Shown here piece after piece: positions 25,101 to 37,487 of a DNA stretch of 64,000 bases. Below the pieces are notes generated by a model. It was given only the letters and a program-made list of their open reading frames with translations, did not search any database and was not told the DNA's origin. Position numbers and translations under genes: made by a program. The first letter of the stretch is position 1. Every line of letters begins with the position of its first letter. Source of the DNA: Mobula hypostoma (lineage: Eukaryota); the NCBI RefSeq assembly GCF_963921235.1, contig NC_086108.1:63242001-63306000 (forward strand). Direction: 5' to 3'.

Positions 25101-26650
25101 GCTATATTTTGGTAGGACTAATCAAAATAGGACATACATGGTAAATGGTAGGGCATTGAAGAATGCAATAGAACAGAGGGATCTCGGAATAATGGTGCAT
25201 AGTTCCCTGAAGGTGGAATCTCATGTGGATAGGGTGGTGAAGAAAGCTTTTGGTACGCTGGCCTTCATAAATCAGAGCATTGAGTATAGGAGTTGGGACG
25301 TAATGTTAAAATTGTACGAGGCATTGGTAAGGCCAAATTTGGAGTATTGTGTACAGTTCTGATCACTGAATTATAGGAAAGATGTCAACAAAATAGAGAG
25401 AGTACGGAGAAGATTTACTAGAATGTTACCTGGGTTTCAGCACCTGAGTTACAGAGAAAGGTTGATCAAGTTGGGTCATTATTCTTTGGAGCGTAGAAGG
25501 TTGAGGGGGGACTTGATAGAGGTATTTAAGATTATGAGGGGGATATATATAGAAACATAGAAACATAGAAAATAGGTGCAGGAGTAGGCCATTCGGCCCT
25601 TCGAGCCTGCACCGCCATTTATTATGATCATGGCTGATCATCCAACTCAGAACCCAGCCTTCCCTCCATACCCCGTGACCCCTGTAGCCACAAGGGCCAT
25701 ATCTAACTTCCTTTTAAACATAGCTAATGAACTGGCCTCAACAGTTTGCTGTGGCAGAGAATTCCACAGATTCACCACTCTCTGTGTGAAGAAGTTTTTC
25801 CTAACGTCGGTCCTAAAAGGCTTCCCCTCTATCCTCAAACTGTGACCCCTCGTTCTAGACCTCCCCAACATCGGGAACAATCTTCCCGCATCTAGCCTGT
25901 CCAATCCCTTTAGGATCTTATACGTTTCAATCAGATCCCCCCTCAATCTTCTAAATTCCAACGAGTACAAGCCCAGTTCATCCAGTCTTTCTTCATATGA
26001 AAGACCTGCCATCCCAGGAATCAATCTGGTGAACCTTCTTTGTACTCCCTCTATGGCAAGGATGTCTTTCCTCAGATTAGGGGACCAAAACTGCACACAA
26101 TACTCCAGGTGTGGTCTCACCAAGGCCTTGTACAACTGCAGTAGTACCTCCCTGCTCCTGTACTCGAATCCTCTCGCTATAAATGCCAGCATACCGTTCG
26201 CCTTTTTCACCGCCTGCTGTACCTGCATGCCCACTTTCAATGACTGGTGTATAATGACACCCAGGTCTCGTTGCACCTCCCCTTTTCCTAATCGGCCACC
26301 ATTCAGATAATAATATAGAGTTGACGTGGATAGGCTTTTTTCATTGAGAGTAGGGGAGATTCAAATGAGGACGTGTTGAGAGTTAGGGGGCAAAAGTTTA
26401 GGGGTAACACGAGGGGGAACTTCTTTACTCAAGAGAGTGGGGCTGTGTGGAATGAGCTTCCAGTAGAAGTGGTAGAGGCAGGTTGGATATTGTCATTTAA
26501 AGAAACATTGGATAGGTATATGGACGGGAAAGGAATGGAGGGTTATGGGCTGAGTGCAGGTCGGTGGGACTAGGTGAGAGTAAGCATTCGGCATGGACTA
26601 GAAGGGCCGAGATGGCCTGTTTCCGTGCTGTAATTGTTAAATGGTTATAT
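22151..26650 (+). mobile_element. Near-full-length, internally deleted CR1 LINE (ORF1 SGNH esterase; ORF2 APE and RT)
   Basis: ORF1 has CERC, a leucine-rich coil, IVIRDSIVRG, VVHVGTN and DSLHPN. ORF2 has GVYYRPP, IVGDFN, NYRPVSL and YADD (~24967). Stops and frameshifts present. Confidence 0.92.
25554..26312 (-). mobile_element. Young 5'-truncated CR1 nested antisense in the older CR1
   Basis: Uninterrupted 209-aa ORF2 C-terminus, (CATAGAAA)n tail, TSD ATATAGA at 25547-25553 and 26313-26319. Confidence 0.92.
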
Positions 26651-27994
26651 ATGTTGTGTAATAGTACCAGTTGATCTATGACTGCATAGAACATTTAAAG
26701 CATATTATTTTTGGAATTCCATGACCAAATATGCATGTAAATTATTTAAAACCTCATCTTTGTAGGTTGTTTCAAAGCTTCCATAACACTAGTCAAACAC
26801 TCATTTTGTGATGAAGTATCCTTAACAAATTCTGCATGTTTTGCCTATGGTGGAAAATAAACATTTTTAAGCATTGTTTTAAATATCTAATGCATGAAAG
26901 GATTATTTAGTATGGTATATTCCTGGTGTTACAATCTTTTAAGCTATCAGGATATTTGCAAAATTTATAGTTAAGATGGTAGGCAAAAGCTTAATGAGGT
27001 TTTATTTAGTTAGGCAAGTTGCAGTTTGGGTCTCTGTCCTGCCCTCCTCAAGAAAAATCTTTTCAGTGGAGTAATTACTAATTGATGACATCTAGTGGTA
27101 TTAAGAAGCTATACACCACTTCACAAAACCAAAATTATCCCTTAGACCTTTAGTGTTCTTTTTAATTCATAGTCTAAAACACAAACAGTCTAAACATTAG
27201 ACAAATTAATTGGGTAGAGGGAAAGGATAATGCTGAACAAGAATTGGGAATGTTCTTATTCATGTATATACCTTCACTCTGTTGGTAAATAAAAGCTCCG
27301 GGAAGTCACTTAGTGTAATTAAGCATAAACATATGCTTATTTCAAATGCTATAGGTATAGTATGATACCACAGTTTTTTAATTGAAATTGTTACATGAAT
27401 AAAATGTATATCCTTCAAAATATTAAATATTTCAGTGATGTATTTTTATAAATGATATACACTGTAGACATTTATCTTTTTGTGGATTTAACCATATTTA
27501 ACCATTTTCCCCTCATAGCAGAGGAACTAATGTTTCCCTGATTCATTTGAAAGTTGTGGTCTAAATCTGATGATTGATTAAAATCATCAGGGGAACCAAT
27601 ATAATAGAAAATTTGTACAGCCATCATATAGTCTTCAAATCTTGTGATAATGTAGTTGACCAGTTAATTATATATAATATACAAAAATGAATGTCATTGT
27701 ATGTAGCATGAGGAATTGAACATATTCTGCCTTTGCTGTTCCTCATTTTAGTGTTTTAAGAATAATAATTTGAAGTAAGCATATTAATTACACTAAATGA
27801 TTAACTGAATAAACATATGCTTATTTTGTGGTGTATATTTCATAAAAGCTGACAGTAAATAGAGCATTTGTGTCTTGCTATGTGATCAGTTTGAGGTGTT
27901 AATAAAGTACTTGAAGTGATGTTTTGTTTTAGTAATAGCAACAAATTTTCACTTGTACTGCATGTGTCAATCATCTTTCTTTATTTCTAGCAAA

Positions 27995-28280
27995 AAAGTT
28001 GGCGGAACTTCATGGAGCAAGCAGCATCTGTCGGAGAGGGATGGAAATTGTTGTTTTGGGTTGAGACACTACATCAGGACTGACAGTGGAAAGAGAAGGT
28101 AGCCAGTAATAAGAGGAGAGGGGAATGGGGTGAGACATGGGTCAGTCGATGTCCCACCTCTCTTAATGCTGGGTATCTTACCTCTCTACTTTCAGTCCTA
28201 ATGTAGAGGTTTCATTCCAAACATTAACAATTTCTTTCCCTCCAAAGGTACTGTTCAATCCGTGGCATTAATGCAGCAGT
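27995..28280. mobile_element. Old Penelope-like fold-back remnant
   Basis: Opposed degenerate pLTR motifs (catcaggactga at ~28072 and tcagtcctaatg at ~28192). Confidence 0.45.
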
Positions 28281-28899
28281 CTCTGTTTTTTTAAAATTTT
28301 TATTCCAGCGTCATCTCCGTTCTTTAAAAAAAATCCTTCTGTACTAGATAGTTCTAAAGAACATATTTTCATAATGCTAACCATTTTCCAGCTTTAATAT
28401 CTACGAGCATTATACTTGCTTGAAATTGTGGCTACAGCTGAGTATGATGAGATCATCAACCACGGCAATTGAGCTGTTAACACTGTTGCCCCCAACTCCC
28501 AAGTAACCCACCAAAGAAAGATGCAAGAAAGAAAGTCAACCACATGCCCAAGCATACATCATTTCCACTTATCTCATGAAAGTAAAATTGTGGGTATTAT
28601 TTATCTTCAAAATAAATTTTATAACCAGCATTATTTGGTTTGCTTGAGAGTATAATTGTTAAAGAGCAGTGTTTGGATAACGTGAAAGGGTTGCTCCCTC
28701 CACACAGGAATTGTCCAGTCTAGTAAGACAATAGCTGTTTGATACAGTGGAGTCAAAAACACAACACCATTCAATGTCCTTCCCCCATCCTGAGTAATTC
28801 TGTTTAAGTCTCTATTCTCACTCTCTGGCATTCCCTTCCTAATCTTCTACATCTTTCTCAGGTAATTTTAAAGACCAGTTTTAACAATACAAGGATACC

Positions 28900-29200
28900 C
28901 TTACAAGGACTTGCCTTTAAAATGGAGATGAGGTGGAATTTCTCCCTTTAAAACAGAAATGATGAGAAATTTCTTTAGCTAGGTGGTGAATTTGTAGAAA
29001 TGATTGCCTCAGACAGCTGTGGAGGTCAAGTCATTTGGTATATTTAAAGTCAAGTTTGATAGGTTCTTGAAGGATGTCAAAGGGTACGGGGAGAAGGCAG
29101 GAGAAGGAGGTTGAGGGGGGATAATAAAACAGCCATGATAGAATGGCGGAGCAGACTTAATGATCTAATTTTGCTTCTGTGTCTTATAGTCTTGTAGTCT
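28900..29200 (+). mobile_element. CR1 3' fragment
   Basis: gatgagaaatttcttt...ggtggtgaatttg...cagacagctgtggagg, a typical CR1 3' end. Confidence 0.7.
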
Positions 29201-29249
29201 AACCAGCTTCTGAGCACTTTATCATAATATAATCATAATATGATTGAAT

Positions 29250-31215
29250 TCCGACTGCAATTTGAGAGGGAGATACATAAATCAACTGTATCAGTATAGC
29301 AATGGAATAAAGGGAATTATGGAGGCATGAGAGAGAGGAGCTCACCCAGGTGGATTAGAGGAGGATATTGGCGGGGATGACGGCAGAGCAGAGTTGGCTG
29401 AAGTTTCTGGCAAATAGTTTGCAGGATAGATATGACCCACAGAAGAAGTTCTCAAGTGGCAGGGGTAGTCAACCATGGCTGACAAGGGGAATTAAGGACT
29501 GCATAGAAACCAACAAAAGGCAAATAAAAAAGCTGTAAGAAGGGAAAAAATAAAATTTGAGGGAAGACTAGCCAATAATATAAAGCAGGATACTAAAACA
29601 TTTTTCAGTTATATAAAGAGTAAAAGGGAGGTGAAGGTTGATATTGGACACTGGAAAATGATGCTGGTGAAGTAGTAATGGGGGACAAAGAAATGGCAGA
29701 TGAACTTAATGTGTACTTTGCATCAGTCTTCACTGTGGAAGACACTAGCAGTGTGCCAGAGGTCCGTGAGTGTCAGGGAGCAGGAATGAGTGCCATTGCT
29801 ATTACAAAGGAAAAAAGTGCTGGGCAAACTCAAAGGTCTTAAGGTGAATCAGTCACCTGGACCAGATGGACTACAGCCCAGAGTCCTGACACTACAAAGT
29901 CAGCATGGTTTCTGTAAAGGGAAATCCTGCTTGATAAATCTGTTAGAGTTCTTTGAGGAAGTAACAAGCAGGGTAGACAAAGGAGAGGCAGTGGATATCA
30001 TTTACTTGGATTTTCAGAAGGCATTTGATAGGGTGCCACACATAAGGCTGCTTAACAAGATAAAATCCTATGGCGTTACTGGAAAGATACTGGCATGGAT
30101 AGAGGAATGGCTGACAGCCAGGAGGCAGTGAGTGGAGAATAAAGGGTGACCTTTCTGGTTGGCTGCCATTGACTAATGTTCCTCAAGGGTCAGTATAGGA
30201 ACCGCTACTTTTCACATTGTTGGTCAACGATTTGCATAATGGAGTTGATGACTTTGTGGCAAAGTTTGCAGATAATACAAAGATAGGTGGAGGGGTAGGT
30301 AGTGGTGGGAAAGTAATGTGATTGCAGCAGGATTTAGACAAATTGGAAGAATGGGCAAAAAAGTGGCAGATGGAATACATGCATAGTATTGGGAAATGTA
30401 TGATAATGCATTTTGGTAAAAGGAACAATAGTGCAGACTATTATCTTAATGTGGAAAAGGTTCAAACATCAGTACTGCAGAGGGATTTAGGAGTCTTCAT
30501 GCAAGATTCCCAGAAGGTTAATTTACAGGTTGAGTTTGTGGTAAGGAAGGCAAATGCAATGTTGGCATTTATTTCAAGTAGAATAGAATATAAAAGCAAG
30601 GAAATAATGCTGAGCCTTTATAAAACACAAGTCATGCTGCACTTGTACTATAGTCAACAGTTTAGGGACCTGTATCTCAGTAAGGATGCATTGTCATTGG
30701 AGAGAGTGTAGAGGAGGTTCATTAGGATTATTCCGGAAATGAAGGGTTTAACATATGAGGAGTATTTTGTAGCTTTGGGCCTGTACTCACCGGAACTGAG
30801 AATGCAGGAGTGTGGGGGGGGGGGGGGGGCGGGATCTCATTAAAACCTATTGAATGTTGAATGGACTAGATAACATGGATGTGGAGAGGAGGTTTCCTAT
30901 GGTGGGGCTATCCGGAACTATGGGGCACTGCCTCAAAATTGAGAGAGAACCTTTTAGAACAGAGGTAAGGAGGTTTTTTTTAGCCAGAGAATAGTGAATC
31001 TATGGAATGCTTAGCCACAGACTGTGATGAAAGCCAAGTCTGTAGGTATATTTAAGGTGGAAGTCGATAGTTTCCTGATCGGTCAGGGCATCAAAGGATA
31101 TGGCAAGAAGGTAGACATATGGGGTTGAGTGGGATCTGGGATCAGTCATGATGGAATAGCAGAGCAGACTTGATGGGCTGAACGTCCTAATTTTGCTTCT
31201 ATGTCTTGTGGTCTC
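29250..31215 (+). mobile_element. Decayed CR1 ORF2 fragment with internal deletion
   Basis: SPGPDGLQPRVL, IIYLDFQKAFDRVPH and QQDLDKLEEWAKKWQM. Confidence 0.88.
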
Positions 31216-32939
31216 TCTCATATTGTCTTAGTTTTTCTCCCATTTCTTGAGGTTGCCCTGGATCATTTGCTCTCCTAAAAGCTCTTAATAAATGTGCTGT
31301 TGTACAGAGCGCTAAAGATCTGTATTGTCTATTTTGCTCTGTTAAGGTTATTATCAACCATTAGTTGACACCTGAGAGTGCTAAAGACAGCATCAAATGT
31401 TTATACATCTCTCAATTGGTTTATTGCAGGTATAACTATTTATCATCATTGAGATGTTTATTTAGATGTACAGTATATACTTATTCAGTGAAGCAATAAC
31501 TATATGGAGAATGGCAAGTAGAACTACCAGTGTCATCCCATGTGACTATCATGTTCGGGAAGACCAAAAAGGGAAAACTCATGCTTCCAAAAAGTCTTGC
31601 AACTCGCATTCCAACTTTTCTGACTGAAGACCTACGTTGGAACTCTGACTTACTGGAAAATCTGCCTCTGTGACTCCACTCCTTTCAAAGAAAAATGGTA
31701 GAGGATTTATTGTGTGTTGCAGTGGTAGAGGAAGAGAGGTAAGTTGCGGGTTACTTCCATTCCTTTTATTATGTTAACTTGAATGTAATTAATTGTATCT
31801 CGTGATATAAATGTGTTAATTTTTAATATTTTGTTATTTTGTTCTGAAGTTTTGAATGTTCGGGATACAAACAGATGCCACAAATATTCAAATTCTTTCC
31901 ATTTGACAGCTGCCAATCTGGGACTTCGCGGCGAAAGCATTTGTCTGAACGGAATTAACAATTTTAAATTGGAAAGCCCCGTAGTGTAAACTATTCGTTT
32001 CACATAACGCGAGATAACTTTCATAGACGTTACATTCTTTGTAATTGCAGTTAAAGAGTTTTCAAGTCTTCACTTGAAGTAAAGAAAACGTACCATTGTA
32101 CAGTAAATGTTAGAATGGTTTGCATTGTCCTAAGTTTGGAGCAACATAAAAGAGCAACTTTAGTCTTTAAAAATTCCTAGAAACTTGGCGCAATATGGTA
32201 ACAATTTTATTGCTGGATCGGTTTGCTTGTAAGCGTCATTTCCCGTTAATTATTAGTTCGTGAATTTACCAGAACATTTAATAACTTTAATTTTTAATAA
32301 GATCGCCCGAATATTATTTTATTTTCCAGTCTCTGTAATTAGCTAGATCCTTGGGGTGGTTGGAACAGCAGCAGCTCATAAATTGTAAATATCTGAAATG
32401 TAGCTATTTGGAAATTCTGCATTTAGTTGAGATGTGCCACTTTTACCTGGAGCCTGCGTTACCAATTCCGTGTTTTCTCCTGGATGAGGATCGTTCCAAA
32501 CCACCACCTGATTTGTAACAAGTAAAGATTGACAACCGTTGAACCAATTAAATCAATCGAACTAACGATTTAAAGGTTTAATCCCTCCCGCAGATTAAAT
32601 TAAAATATGACACAAAATATTCTGCTACGGCATTAGGCATCCAGGTATATTTGTTTTTAAAAAAGTTATGAAAATGCATGGTTCGTCCGCATTAAATTGC
32701 AGTGTTAATATTAAAGAAGACATCCTTTTCTCAATTTTATTGAAATATGCTGCTGGAATAAGTATGAAAAATATTACAAGTAGTTTTCAATTTAAACATG
32801 AATATCCGGCATATTAATTTGTCTATTTATTTATTTATTTATTTATTTGCAATCTCCCAAAATATTTACGTTCACTTTAAACCATCACAACCCCACTTTC
32901 TGCCACAATTTACCTGTCCTGAGAGGAACGCCTCAAGGA

Positions 32940-33182
32940 GAATGAAGAAGGAGGGGTTGGGACATCTATTACGAACCGGCTCCTGAATGGATACTGAAAG
33001 AGTCGATCAACACAAGGAGAGCCAATCCTAATATCCAATTTCTCTCGCTTTGGGCAGCCATTCAAGAGGCGTCTATGTCATAATTTCCTTGCTGGCTCGG
33101 AGACGGAAGAGTGTAGACGAGAGTTAACATAAGTTTTGTTGCTTTTAATGATCTGATATCTTCGGTCAAGTAGTTTAAACCA
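32940..33182 (+). promoter_or_regulatory. Probable HOOK1 promoter/5'UTR (locally CpG-retaining)
   Basis: CCAAT at ~33022 and ~33035, ETS-like CGGAAG at ~33104, more CpGs than the background, directly upstream of the ATG exon. Confidence 0.5.
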
Positions 33183-33227
33183 ATGGAAGTAAATAAATCC
33201 GACCTGTGCGATAGTTTGATAATCTGG
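33183..33227 (+). CDS. HOOK1: Protein Hook homolog, coding exon 1: MEVNKSDLCDSLIIW
   Basis: LCDSLxIW Hook N-terminus; donor TGG|gtaagt. Confidence 0.88.
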
Positions 33228-34702
33228 GTAAGTGAATCCTCATGAACTGTAATCGGCCAACGTCAGTTCGCCGGTCCCATGTTCACTTAACTCACCTGTG
33301 GTGTCTTGTGCAGGTAATGCTTGCAAACAGCCATTATAACCCTGAGTAAATGCGATTGCGACACGTTTCACTTTCTGCTTAAATTACTAAATAATGCAAT
33401 GTAATTACTAAGTTTATGGTGTGTTTGGCAAACTATTGTAAAATAGTGTAATTGCAACACCGTACAAAATGTTTTAATACTAAAGAGTCACTGTAGGCCT
33501 ACATTCATGGACAGAACTTCTCCATTGCTGTTACTACTGGTATATTCCATCATTCCCTTTGTGATGATTATTTTTGCTTTAAAAATATAGAACAGTTATG
33601 AAATCCAGCGTTTTCTGGACTTTGCTGTATAATTTGGCAACTTTTCCCTGACTTGAATATTACCTCAATGGTCTTGTAATTCACTTTTTTTGTATGTTAC
33701 AATGTATCACAGTTAATTTTTCAGTAATCAGTAAAGGTAAAATGGATGGAGGAGCCAGAGCTGGGTGAGTGGAATATGGGAAGGGAATGTGGAAAGCATC
33801 AGCTGGTGAAACAGGGGCTAAATCATCAGAATTTCTATAGAATAGATAATGTACTTAAGTGGTTTACTATAGTTGATTAAACTGGTATTTTTGAAAAACC
33901 CAGTTCTGTTTTCAATTTCTCTGGTCAACTTTGTCAGGTAAAATCAAATGTATGCGGCAGTACTTGAACTATCCATTGTATAGGAAAGTTGAGTTCTGCT
34001 TTAGTCTGATGAATGTGAGCATCTGCTCCTATTGCAAAATGGCATAATAGGTGCAAATATTTTTTTTGTTATGAAGGAAAATTTACATTAAAAAAAAATC
34101 ACACTGGAGCCATTGAACATCAATCCCATATAAAACCAGCTCATTCCACTAAACTATTGGTTAGGAATAGAATTTATTTGCTGTTTGTCCATTGTCTATA
34201 AACTCAGTTTCTTTACACTGTACTAATTGCTTTTGATGATAATAAGTTTATATAATTGTAGAATAACAAATCGCACAGAATTATTTTTTTTCACAAAATC
34301 CAATTGTTTTAATTGTAAAACACCGGTCTTCAGTTAACTCCATTTAACTCACTACTGATGCTGTCTGGCCTGATGAGAACGTAAACAGAAGCAGCCTTTG
34401 GCTCTTCATGCCTTCTCCACTATTCAGTAGGACTGATGGTCTTTCTCAGTACCTCCTATGATTTATTCCTTGATTCAGCTATTATTCAGAAATCAATTAA
34501 TCACTGCTTTAAGTTACTACAGATTTGTAGACAATCGTCACAGTTGCAGTCTTACAAAGATCCTATACATTTTCTGCATTAAATCATTACTCTTGTATTC
34601 TAATCCTCCTCCAATTAAGGCCAACATTGCTTGCTGAACAGAAATATTAGTGATTTGTATACATGGACATTTAGGTCCTTCTGAACAATGACACATACAT
34701 GG

Positions 34703-35052
34703 TCATAGTCATACTTTATTGATCCCGGGGGAAATTGGTTTTCATTACAGTTGCACCATAAATAGTAATAAAACCATAAATAGTTAAATAGTAATATGTA
34801 AATTATGCCAGGAAATAAGTCCAGGACCAACCTATTGGCTCAGGGTGTCTGACCCTCCAAGGGAGGAGTTGTAAAGTTTGATGGCCACAGACAGGAATGA
34901 CTTCATATGACGCTCAGTGTTGCATCTCGGTGGAATGAGTCTCTGGCTGAATGTACTCCTGTGCCCACCCAGTACATTATGTAGTGGATGGGAGACATTG
35001 CCCAAGATGGCATGCAACTTGGGCAGCATCCTCTTTTCAGACACCACCATCA
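34703..35052 (-). mobile_element. 3' end of a Rex1/Babar-like LINE
   Basis: ORF SHPLHNVL..STFSQRLIPPRCNTERHMKSFLSVAIKLYN; (gactat)n tail. Confidence 0.8.
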
Positions 35053-35140
35053 GACTAGCATTTCAGCATTTTTTTTTCATTTTATTTTCTACTAAAGTTG
35101 ACAATTTCATATTTTTACACACTGTGTTCCATCTGCATTG

Positions 35141-36240
35141 AGGCTTCAGGCCGAGACCCTTCGTCAGGACTAACTGAAGGAAGAGTGAGTAAGGGATTTG
35201 AAACAACACACATCAAAGTTGCTGGTGAACGCAGCAGGCCAGGCGGCATCTGTAGGAAGAGGTGCAGTCGACGTTTCAGGCCGAGACCCTTCGTCAGGAC
35301 TAACTGAAGGAAGAGTGAGTAAGGGATTTGAAAGTTGGAGGGGGAGGGGGAGATCCAAAATGATAGGAGAAGACAGGAGCGGGAGGGATGGAGCCAAGAG
35401 CTGGACAGGTGATAGGCAAAAGGGGATACGAGAGGATCATGGGACAGGAGGTCCGGGAAGAAAGACAAGGAGGTGGGGGGGGGGAACCCAGAGGATGGGC
35501 AAGGGGTATATTCAGAGGGACAGAGGGAGAAAAAGGAGAGTGAGAGAAAGAATGTGTGTATAAAAATAAGTAACAGATGGGGTACGAGGGGGAGGTGGGG
35601 CACCAGCGGAAGTCAGAGAAGTCGATGTTCACGCCATCAGGCTTGAGGCTACCCAGACGGAATATAAGGTGTTCTGACGTGTCTGTCCACGGCCTCCTCT
35701 GCTGTGGAGATGAGGCCACACTCAGGTTGGAGGAACAACACCTTATATTCCGTCTGGGTAGCCTCCAGCCGGGTGGCGTGAACATCGACTTCTCTGACTT
35801 CCGCTGGTGCCTCACCTCCCCCTCGTACCCCATCTGTTACTTATTTTTATACACACATTCTTTCTCTCACTCTCCTTTTTCTCCCTCTGTCCCTCTGAAT
35901 ATACCTCTTGCCCATCCTCTGGGTTCCCCCCCCCCACCTCCTTGTCTTTCTTCCCGGACCTCCTGTCCCATGATCCTCTCGTATCCCTTTTGCCAATCAC
36001 CTGTCCAGCTCTTGGCTCCATCCCTCCCCCTCCTGTCTTCTCCTATCATTTTGGATCTCCCCCTCCCCCTCCAACTTTCAAATCCCTTACTCACTCTTCC
36101 TTCAGTTAGTCCTGACGAAGGGTCTCGGCCTGAAACGTCAACTGCACCTCTTCCTAGAGATGCTGCCTGGCCTGCTGTGTTCACCAGCAACTTTGACGTG
36201 TGTTGCTTGAATTTCCAGCATCTGCAGAATTCCTGTTGTT
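35141..36240. mobile_element. Penelope-like element, fold-back insertion (antisense arm plus sense arm)
   Basis: TSD TCCATCTGCATTG (35128-35140 and 36241-36253). GIY-YIG C-terminus LRLEEQHLIFRLGSLQP. Hammerhead motifs at 35266-35301(-) and 36108-36143(+). Confidence 0.9.
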
Positions 36241-37012
36241 TCCATCTGCATTGTCTTTGCCCATTTGTTTCACTTACATCATGACCCCAGGGGCAGGGTG
36301 AGAGATCAAATGCTGCTGTATCTGAGAAGCATTTGTTGTACTCGCATTGCGCTGTCATTAGAATTCCAGAATGTGAGTTTGCAACTCGTCAGCAGACTTG
36401 CACTGGCTGGCCATTAGCTTGACCTGGCACCTTATCCAGTTCCATATTGAATTTGCCTCCACTGCCCTCCCTCACAGAATATCTGTGACTAATTGACGTG
36501 TCCAGGCTTTAAATTACAGCCCCTTGCAAGAGCATAAATCATAAATAAATCAGATGATAAAATCAGTGTGGAATTAATACTTAAAATCTGCCTTCAGATT
36601 CTATCTGCTCAAGACTCCAGAGGCATAATGCCACTTAGCTTTCCTACTTGGTGGTATTGATATTAATCTGTTTACTGAATTTTAATGTGGCAGATTTACC
36701 TTTATTAATTGAAGTCCAGCTGTACCCAGATAAAACACAATGAAAGATATGTGTAGGTGAACAATGTACAGTGTGCATTCTAGGAATACAGATTGAATCC
36801 TTGAAAAGCTCAAGCTATGGGCATGTTGTAATGAACTTTTCAATTACTGCATTAAAAGTGCCCATTACACAGCTTTCCACCATAATTAATTCAGTATCTC
36901 TTACTCCAAAGTGTCTCCCTCAACAACGTAACTAAAGTAACCGAATATCATTACACCAAACTTGGATTGCATTCCATCTTTAAGGTTTAAACAATCAGCC
37001 AACATGAGGCAT

Positions 37013-37309
37013 CCTTGCCCGTCCTCTGGGCTCCCCTTCCCCCTTTCTTTCTCCCTAGGCCTCCTGTCCCATGATCCTCTCCCTATATCCCTTTTGCCAA
37101 TCAACTTTCCAGCTCTTGGCTCCATCCCTCCCCCTCCTGTCTTCTCCTATCATTTCAGATCTCCCCTCCCCCTCCCACTTTCAAATTTCTTACTATCTCT
37201 TCTTTCAGTTAGTCCTGATGAAGGGTCTCAGCCCGAAACGTTGACTGTACCTCTTCCTATAGATGCTGTCTGGCCTGCTGCATTCACCAGCATTTTTTGT
37301 GTGTGTTGT
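37013..37309 (+). mobile_element. Penelope-like pLTR insertion
   Basis: TSD ATGAGGCAT (37004-37012 and 37310-37318); hammerhead motif at 37211-37246. Confidence 0.8.
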
Positions 37310-37487
37310 ATGAGGCATTTTGAAATTTTTTTGGGTCTTTTCAGTAGAAACTAAGGGCAGAGGTTTTAATGGTGTTGAGGAAAAAATATTTCACCCAATG
37401 ACTGGTGAATATCAACTTTCCTTCATAAAGATGATTGAGATAGAAAGCCTCACAATTTTTAAAACTGAAATACTTGGATGGATACTT

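Noticed and set aside
35098..36358. Cluster of overlapping Pro/Ser-rich ORFs on both strands (also 59147-60558)
   Set aside because: By-products of the purine/pyrimidine-skewed PLE pLTR palindromes.
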